NCBI GenBank assembly: GCA_964487135.1 | Contig: CAZAOU010000001.1 | Location: forward strand, 8,542-72,541 | Direction: 5' to 3' | Source of the DNA: an uncultured Candidatus Saccharibacteria bacterium | GTDB taxonomy: Bacteria > Patescibacteriota > Minisyncoccia > Phycocordibacterales > CAIRYW01 | Length of the DNA stretch: 64,000 nt | Part shown: in pieces, positions 57,213 to 64,000 of the stretch | Layout: every line of letters starts with the position of its first letter | Numbering within the stretch: the first letter of the stretch is position 1 | The notes under the pieces: generated by a model | Told to the model about the DNA's origin: nothing | The model's input: the letters and a program-made list of their open reading frames with translations, nothing else | Database searches by the model: none | Position numbers and translations under genes: made by a program

Positions 57213-57641
57213 TTAAATCATCAAAATTGCACCGATTGAAATTAAAAGCGCTCCAACTCCTGCCTTCAAACTCCATTTGCTTCCTAAAAACAAAATTGAA
57301 AATATAAAAACAAAAACAACAGAAAGTTTATCAAGTGATGCAACAGAAGAAACTTTATCGACTGGGGCAATTTTTAGCGCATAAAAATACACAAGCCACG
57401 AAAGAGCCCCAGAAATTCCAGAAAGAATTATATAAAAAAGTGGTTTACCAGAAATACTTTGCCAATTATCAAATTTCCCCAAACCAAATGCTACAAAAAA
57501 TAAAAACACCGCCATAACAACTGCTCGGACAGAAGTTGCAAGAGTTGAATCCACTTGTGAAAGTCCAATCTTTCCAAAAATTGCCACAGCACTCGCAAAA
57601 ACCGCAGAAAGTATCGCCAATAATTGCCATGAGATTATCAT
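57213..57641 (-). CDS. small EamA-like (single-domain DMT) membrane transporter
   Basis: 142 aa, 4-5 TM helices, EamA-like glycine pattern. Confidence 0.5.
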   Translation of the reverse strand: MIISWQLLAILSAVFASAVAIFGKIGLSQVDSTLATSVRAVVMAVFLFFVAFGLGKFDNWQSISGKPLFYIILSGISGALSWLVYFYALKIAPVDKVSSVASLDKLSVVFVFIFSILFLGSKWSLKAGVGALLISIGAILMI

Positions 57642-57642
57642 T

Positions 57643-58872
57643 TTATTTTTTATTTTTAGCTTCTAAAACTTTTTGAATTGCAATAATAAACGCACTTTTT
57701 CTAAGACTAGTTTTTTTGTCTTCATAAACACTCCAAACAGAATTGAAAGCATCCTTCATTTTTTTATTTAATTCCGCCAAAACTTTTTCTTTATTCCACT
57801 TTTCGTTTTGCATATTCTGATACCACTCAAAATATGAAACCGTAACACCTCCACTATTTGCTAAAATATCAGGTGCAGACAAAATCTCTCTACTTTCCAA
57901 TATTTCATCGGCCTCAGGAGTTACCGGACCATTTGCCATTTCAATAATTATTTTTGCCTTTATATTTCGTGCATTTTCTTTAGTAATAACATTTTCAGAA
58001 GCAGCCGGCACCAATATATCGACCGGCAAAAGCAATAATTCTTCATTTGAAATTTCTTTCACACCCTCAAAACCTTTGAGGGTACTTTTTTCTTTTTTAT
58101 ACAACAAAACAGATTCAACAGATAATCCTTCGGGATTATAAATTCCACCTTTTGAATCCGAGAGTGCAACTATTTTATATCCACCCTGCTCTGCCTTACG
58201 AGCAAAATATTCCCCCACATTTCCAATTCCCTGAACCGCAACGGAAGTATTTTGTGGTTGTATTCCTTTTTTTTCTGAAATTAATTTCAAAACCTCAACA
58301 CCACCATAACCCGTTGCTTCTGTGCGTCCTTCTGATCCACCATAATCAAGTGGTTTTCCTGTAAAAGTTGCAAAACTTTTTTCTCCTGTTACCTTCTGAT
58401 ATTCATCATTCATCCATTTCATAACCTTTCCATCTGTATACATATCAGGAGCTGGAACATCTTTTTCTGGACCAATTACATCCGCAATCGCTCGTGCAAA
58501 AGCACGGGACAGTTTTTCTAATTCATTTTCTGAAAGTTTTTTTGTATCAACAACAACACCACCCTTTCCTCCGCCGTATGGAATATCAGCAACCGCACAC
58601 TTCCATGTCATCCAAGAAGAAAGTGCTTTAACTTCTTCAATATCCACCTGAGGAGCAAATCGGAGTCCTCCTTTAAAAGGCCCTCGAGCGTTGTTGTGTT
58701 GTGATCTAAAACCTTTAAAAAGTTTATTTTCGCCATTATCCATCTCCACCTCAAAATTTACTTCAACAACTCTCGAGGGAGAAAAAAGGTATTCCAAAGT
58801 TGGCGCAGAAAGTTCAAGATGCTTTGATGCCTCTGTTATTTGTTTAATAGAATTTTCAAATGGATTGCTCAT
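57643..58872 (-). CDS. gdhA: Glu/Leu/Phe/Val-family dehydrogenase (glutamate dehydrogenase)
   Basis: catalytic Lys motif PYGGGKGGVVVD; NAD(P)-binding GIGNVGEYFA. Confidence 0.9.
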   Translation of the reverse strand: MSNPFENSIKQITEASKHLELSAPTLEYLFSPSRVVEVNFEVEMDNGENKLFKGFRSQHNNARGPFKGGLRFAPQVDIEEVKALSSWMTWKCAVADIPYGGGKGGVVVDTKKLSENELEKLSRAFARAIADVIGPEKDVPAPDMYTDGKVMKWMNDEYQKVTGEKSFATFTGKPLDYGGSEGRTEATGYGGVEVLKLISEKKGIQPQNTSVAVQGIGNVGEYFARKAEQGGYKIVALSDSKGGIYNPEGLSVESVLLYKKEKSTLKGFEGVKEISNEELLLLPVDILVPAASENVITKENARNIKAKIIIEMANGPVTPEADEILESREILSAPDILANSGGVTVSYFEWYQNMQNEKWNKEKVLAELNKKMKDAFNSVWSVYEDKKTSLRKSAFIIAIQKVLEAKNKK

Positions 58873-58942
58873 TTTTTCTTTAATTACAGAGAATTATTTT
58901 ACCTTTTTAAATAATTAATGAAAGCCGAGAATACACACACCT

Positions 58943-59048
58943 CTCCCTTAACAACATAATTTTGAGCACGGATATCCTCCTACTGGCAGGATTCCTCGTG
59001 CTCGCGTCGGTCACGCTCGCAAGTCTCAAAATTATGTTGTTAAGGGAG
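58943..59048. repeat. perfect 24-bp inverted repeat with a 58-nt structured spacer
   Basis: ctcccttaacaacataattttgag (58943-58966) and its exact reverse complement (59025-59048); spacer contains its own sub-hairpin ggatatcct...aggattcc. Confidence 0.6.
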
Positions 59049-59147
59049 ACTTATTAGAATTACACACCTATCCTTTGACACCAAAAAATATAGGAGTAGT
59101 CTTTTATATTAAGAAACCCGAAACTCCAAACCAACTCCAAATACACC

Positions 59148-59801
59148 ATGAACATTCAAAACTGGCTGACCGTCCTCGGCTTGCTGTTTGCCGGCACCAT
59201 CGTGCTGGCGTGGCTTAGTGGCTACCACCGGCGGATGAATCTCTATTCGTCCTGCTCGAACGATCCGGACCCTCGCTCAAGATGGATCCACTTCGGATTC
59301 GCGCTCTGCGCCGTCGCGTTCGTCTCAACTGCTCTGGTGGCGCTGAGCCACAGATCGTCCGAGGCAACGACCTTCGAAAAAAAAGTGGAACGCTTGGGGC
59401 TGGCACTCCAAAAAGAGATCCGCCGAGGCGAAAAACTGGAAGCAGAAAACGCTTCGCTCCTGCAGCTGGCAAAAATCAACTTCCTCGCAATCAAGGAGAG
59501 CGAGGTTTTGAGCATTCAAGCTCAGGAGGAGTTGCTCGCGATCATTCGCGACATGCAAGAATCCAAAACTCGTCTGAAAGCTCTGTGCGACTTCCATCAC
59601 AACTCCTACGCCGACCTTTGGCAAAAGAACACCAAGGTCCAAGAGGATCTCAAAGAGGTGATTGATGTCCTGCGGGAACTCCACGAAGAGAACGAGGCAC
59701 TCCACGAGCAAAACGATGCTCTGCGAAACTTCATCACAGGCGATGAGCAGAACATCCCAACAAGGGATCCACTCACAGTCTCCGGGAAAATCAGCCTCTA
59801 G
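59148..59801 (+). CDS. membrane-anchored coiled-coil protein of GC-rich island H
   Basis: TM helix WLTVLGLLFAGTIVLAWL; second hydrophobic segment; long Glu/Leu/Lys heptad region; GC-rich codons. Confidence 0.4.
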   Translation: MNIQNWLTVLGLLFAGTIVLAWLSGYHRRMNLYSSCSNDPDPRSRWIHFGFALCAVAFVSTALVALSHRSSEATTFEKKVERLGLALQKEIRRGEKLEAENASLLQLAKINFLAIKESEVLSIQAQEELLAIIRDMQESKTRLKALCDFHHNSYADLWQKNTKVQEDLKEVIDVLRELHEENEALHEQNDALRNFITGDEQNIPTRDPLTVSGKISL

Positions 59802-59805
59802 CAAC

Positions 59806-59835
59806 GCTCCCAATCAAATGGGGCGATTTTTTTAT
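59806..59835 (+). terminator. intrinsic terminator after the island H gene (cgctcc-caatcaaat-ggggcg, T7)
   Basis: 6-bp stem with a G-U pair, followed by attttttt. Confidence 0.35.
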
Positions 59836-60344
59836 ATTTTTCTACTATCATACGCCCAATGCAAAAGTGCTTGCCTTTGTTTTGTATGACAACTAAAATC
59901 TCCTTTTTTACAATTATTTGTAATTTGAGTAATATGTCTTACCATTGCTTTCCATCTTTTTATTTGCCTTTTATCTTCTTCTGGAATTCTTCTTCCTAAA
60001 TAATACCTACAATACCACCCAAACCATCCCCTTGGATCATCTTTATATATCCATCCTTTTTTCTGCCACACAGAAAGAGGTTGACTTGCATCAACTTTAA
60101 AATAATTAAGATTAATATCTTTTGTTTTTGAAAGCTTTGCTTTTGCTAGCCAACTTTTTGGAAGCTCTTTACTCCTATCATTAAAATAGAGTCCCCCAAA
60201 AATACCAAGTTCAAGCATTTCTTTGGGAGTAAGATCTGGTTTAAATTCAGAATCAAAATTTTTGCCCTCTGGCTCTGTCAAAAAATAAATATAATTTTTC
60301 TGATATTGATCGTTTACAATAATCTTTTGTTTTCTTTTAGACAT
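59832..60344 (-). CDS. conserved hypothetical protein with a Trp/Tyr-rich basic motif (GWFGWYCRYYLGRR...DKRQIKRW)
   Basis: 170 aa; the motif looks like a conserved domain but I cannot assign a family. Confidence 0.35.
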   Translation of the reverse strand: MSKRKQKIIVNDQYQKNYIYFLTEPEGKNFDSEFKPDLTPKEMLELGIFGGLYFNDRSKELPKSWLAKAKLSKTKDINLNYFKVDASQPLSVWQKKGWIYKDDPRGWFGWYCRYYLGRRIPEEDKRQIKRWKAMVRHITQITNNCKKGDFSCHTKQRQALLHWAYDSRKI

Positions 60345-60382
60345 GAATATATTTTAGTATCTATATATTCAAAATCAAAAAA

Positions 60383-61636
60383 TTAAGAAACAAAAGTAAG
60401 AGCTTTACCTTTTTTTACACCTCTTCCAGTTCTTCCAATTCTATGAACATAATCTTCATGGCTTTCTGGAATGTCGTAATTAATAACATGAGTAATGTCG
60501 TTTATATCAAGTCCACGAGCCGCAACATCCGTTGCAATCAAAACCTTGATTTCGTCTCTCTTAAACATATTAAGTGTTTTTTGTCGTCTTGATTGAGTTT
60601 TATTTCCATGAATTGCATCTGCCTTAAATCCTTTTGCTTGAAGCATTTGAGAAATTTTTTCTACACCATGTTTTGTCTGACCGAAAACCAACACTTTTCC
60701 AAATTCTTCTTTTGAAAGAAGTTTTGTAAGCTCTTCAAATCTTTTATCTTTTGCAACCCTCACAATATCTTGCTCAATATTCTGCGCAACTTCTCTTGTT
60801 TTAACAGAAATTGTTAGAGGTTCACGCAAAAAATCTTTGATAAGGGCTTCAATTTCTCTAGATAGAGTAGCTGAGAAGAAAAGTCCGTGCCTGTTTTCTG
60901 GCATTTGTTTAATAACAAACTTCATATCGTGAATAAATCCCATATCAAGCATTCTGTCTGCTTCGTCCAAAACAACAGTGTTGAAAGTTTTAAGATCAAT
61001 TTGCTTTCTTTCAATTAAATCTTTCAATCTTCCGGGAGTTCCAATAACAAAGTTTTGAAATCTTTTTAATTCCCTAATTTGAAAAGAAATATTTGCACCG
61101 CCAACACACACAACAGAAAAGATAGGCATGCCTTTTACAAAAGCTCTGAGTTCATCATTTATTTGCATCGCAAGTTCACGAGTAGGAACAATAACCAAAA
61201 CTTTTTGATGTTTGTCTTGCATTACTTTGTTTATAAGCGGAATAAGAAAAGCCGCAGTTTTTCCTGTTCCTGTATTTGCCATACCAACAACGTCCTTTCC
61301 TTGCAATATATAAGGAATAATTTTGTCTTGAATTGGAGTTGGCGCAGAAAAACCTCTATTTGCAATAGATTTTTTTAATCTTTCATCAATATGAAAGTCA
61401 GCAAAAGCATGCGCTGGCACAAACACCTCCGCTTCTTCAGTTACTGTAACTTTATTGATAAATTTAGAAACATCGATTTGCTTTCTACCTCTACCTCCTC
61501 CACGAGAAAAGCGAGATCCTCCACCAAATCCTCTTTTTTTAAACCCTCCGGAAGAGTTAGCTCCTCGTGAATTTCCAAACGAATTCCCGAATTTTCTTCG
61601 CGGATGCGAAAAATTACTTTTATTATTTTGATACAT
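60383..61636 (-). CDS. DEAD-box ATP-dependent RNA helicase with an N-terminal RGG/Gly-Arg-rich tail
   Basis: Q-motif/PTPIQ, AQTGTGKTAAF-like GTGKTAAF, DEAD, SAT, ARGLD, HRIGRTGR; N-terminal FGGGSRFSRGGGRGRK. Confidence 0.9.
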   Translation of the reverse strand: MYQNNKSNFSHPRRKFGNSFGNSRGANSSGGFKKRGFGGGSRFSRGGGRGRKQIDVSKFINKVTVTEEAEVFVPAHAFADFHIDERLKKSIANRGFSAPTPIQDKIIPYILQGKDVVGMANTGTGKTAAFLIPLINKVMQDKHQKVLVIVPTRELAMQINDELRAFVKGMPIFSVVCVGGANISFQIRELKRFQNFVIGTPGRLKDLIERKQIDLKTFNTVVLDEADRMLDMGFIHDMKFVIKQMPENRHGLFFSATLSREIEALIKDFLREPLTISVKTREVAQNIEQDIVRVAKDKRFEELTKLLSKEEFGKVLVFGQTKHGVEKISQMLQAKGFKADAIHGNKTQSRRQKTLNMFKRDEIKVLIATDVAARGLDINDITHVINYDIPESHEDYVHRIGRTGRGVKKGKALTFVS

Positions 61637-62184
61637 AGATAAAACGAAATCTAATCTTTAAGATAAACGTAAGGCGATTAGTTAATCCCCTTTAGTTCTT
61701 TAGATTCCGAGAATTGGGCTTAAAAAGCCTAAAACCAATGAGAATTTCTTACCTTCTAATAATATTACAAAAAATGTTTATTGTCAAATAGGTGACATCG
61801 GCCCTATTTAAGGGCTATTTTGCCAAATTGGCTTTTATATAACTTCTGGTTATTGGCCCAAACAAACCTTTATAAGGTCTTATACCCGAAGCTTTTTGAA
61901 ACTAGGAGATTTTCAAAATCAGTTCTATAACCCATTTCACTTGTTTGTGGGTCACGAAACTTAACACCAATTTTATGGACAAAAAGCCGATCTACCGAAA
62001 TTAGATTTTGATCAAAGACAATACGTGATTTATGTTTTAACCCAAGGAACAATCATAGAAAAAAGAGAATTTTTGGGATCGTTGAAAAATAAAATTATCT
62101 TAAAACAAAAAAATATAACAACAGAAAAAAAGCAAAAAGAAAACCTTTGTAACAAGGTGTTTTTGCCTATATAATCATTATTCA

Positions 62185-63456
62185 ATGCCAAAACAAATAC
62201 CTAAAAAAACTGATTGGGACTTCAAAGGACATGATACGCAGTATATGACCCACGGAATTCACAAGTACCCAGCAAGAATGATACCCCAAATAGCAAAAAG
62301 ATTAATTCTAGACCTTTCTAAAACAGGTGACCTAATTGTAGACCCATTTTCTGGATCAGGAACGGTTATAACTGAAGCATTAATTAATAAAAGGAGAGCA
62401 ATAGGAAATGATTTAAATCCTCTTGCAATACTTATAAGTAAAGTAAGAACTAGTCCAATTAATTATAAAAAATTAGAAACTATTCTCATTGACATCCAAA
62501 AGGAATGGCACAAAAACAAGAAATATAAAGATTTAAAAATATCTGAAGATATTAATATTGATTATTGGTTCAAGGACTATGTTATTAATGATCTGAGTAA
62601 ATTGAAAGGTATCATTAACTCATTAAATCTATCGAAAGATGAGAGAGATTTTATAAATGTATGTTTTTCTTATACAACAAGAATTGTTTCTAACTTAAGA
62701 CAGGGGGAATACAAAATATACAGAATCTCTGCCAACAAACTAGAATCCCATAATCCAAAAGTTTTAGATACCTTTCTAAAAACATCTAAAAAATATATAG
62801 AAAAAATGGCCGATTTTTACAATCATATTTATTCTGAGAAAATAAAAAGGGATATAAAAATCACCAAAGCTGACGCAAGATTTTTACCGAAAGAAATTTA
62901 TAAAGATAACTCAGTTGATTTGATTGTTACATCGCCACCATACGGTGATAGCCAAACAACTGTTGCATACGGGCAATTTTCTAGATACTCACTAACATGG
63001 CTTGGTTTTACAAAAAAAGAAGTCTACGAGATTGATAAAATTTTATTAGGAGGAAAACCTGTGAATTTTATGAATGAGATAAAATCACCAACTCTGCAAA
63101 GAATATTAAAAGAGATAGAAAAAAGAGACCCCAAAAGAGCTGACGATACCTTGTGGTTTATGGTAGATCTTTATATGACGATAAAGGAAATGGGACGAAT
63201 TTTGAAGAAGGGATCTCATACTTGTATTGTGATTGGTAACAGAGCGGTTAGAAGAATTAGAATTCCAACAAGTAAAATAATTGAGGAAATGGCAGTTAAC
63301 ATGAAGGATTATAATTTCGAACATGTTATTACAATGGGTAGAAATATACCAACCAAGAATAATCCTATATCTTCAAAATTTAAATTGACTGATGGTAGTG
63401 AGGAGTGGATAAAAACAATGAGTACAGAAGATATAATTATTCTTAAGAAAAAATAA
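62185..63456 (+). CDS. DNA N6-adenine/N4-cytosine methyltransferase (PF01555-like, motif I before motif IV)
   Basis: SAM motif I DPFSGSGTVITEA near the N-terminus; catalytic motif IV IVTSPPYGD centrally. Confidence 0.8.
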   Translation: MPKQIPKKTDWDFKGHDTQYMTHGIHKYPARMIPQIAKRLILDLSKTGDLIVDPFSGSGTVITEALINKRRAIGNDLNPLAILISKVRTSPINYKKLETILIDIQKEWHKNKKYKDLKISEDINIDYWFKDYVINDLSKLKGIINSLNLSKDERDFINVCFSYTTRIVSNLRQGEYKIYRISANKLESHNPKVLDTFLKTSKKYIEKMADFYNHIYSEKIKRDIKITKADARFLPKEIYKDNSVDLIVTSPPYGDSQTTVAYGQFSRYSLTWLGFTKKEVYEIDKILLGGKPVNFMNEIKSPTLQRILKEIEKRDPKRADDTLWFMVDLYMTIKEMGRILKKGSHTCIVIGNRAVRRIRIPTSKIIEEMAVNMKDYNFEHVITMGRNIPTKNNPISSKFKLTDGSEEWIKTMSTEDIIILKKK

Positions 63457-63459
63457 TTG

Positions 63460-63969
63460 TTATAAAATCCTAATATGTTCGTTGAAGATCTCTAGAAAAT
63501 CATTTTTACTTATTCTTATTGCTGTGCCGTGATCATGATATTTGCCAATTTGACCACCTGTTCTATCTGCTCCAATTCTTATATCAAATTTTAATTTACC
63601 ATCAATAATAGCTTTTTTAAACTTTTCAATACTCAACCCAGATAGTAAGAATGCCTCTTGATAAGAAAAAGATTCTTCGGGTTTTTTTCCTTTAGTGTTT
63701 GCATATATAAGCAAAGTTTTGTTTGCTTTACTTTTAAGTTTGTTAAACAAAGATTCTGTTGACCAATATGCTTCAATCCCATTTTTATTAATAATTGTGA
63801 TTTTGTCATCATCCAGCTCAAGCTTGAAACCTTGTGGGTTAACCCTAGAGCCATAAATAGTCGTATAGAGTTTCTGTATTCCATCATCTTCTGCAATATG
63901 GCTGTATTCTGTAAACAACTTTCTATTTACACCACGTGGAAGTGGGGATTTTGACATCAAGGTTAGCAT
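63460..63969 (-). CDS. putative type II restriction endonuclease partner of the adjacent methyltransferase (MvaI/BcnI-like?)
   Basis: convergent, 3 nt from the MTase stop; C-terminal DIRIGADRTGGQIGKYHDHGTAIRISKNDFLEIF; the ORF may continue upstream beyond the window end. Confidence 0.4.
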   Translation of the reverse strand: MLTLMSKSPLPRGVNRKLFTEYSHIAEDDGIQKLYTTIYGSRVNPQGFKLELDDDKITIINKNGIEAYWSTESLFNKLKSKANKTLLIYANTKGKKPEESFSYQEAFLLSGLSIEKFKKAIIDGKLKFDIRIGADRTGGQIGKYHDHGTAIRISKNDFLEIFNEHIRIL

Positions 63970-64000
63970 AGAAGCTGAATCTACCCGCTTTGCCTTAATT

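Noticed and set aside
61870-62052. 60-aa minus-strand ORF in the helicase-MTase spacer
   Set aside because: No start context or motif; probably a chance ORF or a remnant in an AT-rich spacer

Overview
This 64 kb window is a low-GC, gene-dense backbone that looks like a Patescibacteria (CPR) genome: small proteins, short intergenic regions, truncated housekeeping enzymes. Recognisable genes include infA, a short alaS, leuS, ychF, mnmA, two mltG paralogs, ahcY with a PfkB kinase, a partial riboflavin set (riboflavin kinase, ribE, ribH), a complete F-type ATP synthase operon, tsaC, a class II ribonucleotide reductase, ddl, tgt, an FKBP isomerase, gdhA, a DEAD-box helicase and a clustered uvrC-uvrA-uvrB set. 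There is also a DNA-sanitation neighbourhood (family-4 uracil-DNA glycosylase, two Nudix genes, an Ogt-like alkyltransferase and a Cas4-like 4-Cys PD-(D/E)XK nuclease), two tRNA-Ala genes, and a type II restriction-modification pair at the 3' end. Eight or more short, visibly GC-richer islands sit in intergenic positions of this backbone (about 5560-6070, 17880-18206, 21640-21975, 36985-39160, 47700-48012, 53790-54160, 55990-57160 and 58920-59840). Each carries its own sigma70-like promoter, often placed for a leaderless mRNA, one or two non-backbone ORFs, and a GC-rich rho-independent terminator. One island (55990-57160) holds a canonical T-box leader on the minus strand, with the 7-nt UGGNACC antiterminator bulge and a competing terminator, in front of two tiny ORFs and behind a chorismate-mutase-like gene. 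LeuRS carries a complete Nudix hydrolase domain inserted inside its editing region. Other points of note are a perfect 24-bp inverted repeat upstream of a GC-rich coiled-coil gene, a G6 homopolymer frameshift in a small membrane ORF, and a DUF4430 plus ECF-S-like pair (B12-uptake context) near the B12-dependent reductase. I consider the GC-rich cassette mosaic, and especially the T-box-controlled island, the most likely candidate for an undescribed system, but I cannot assign it a function from sequence alone.
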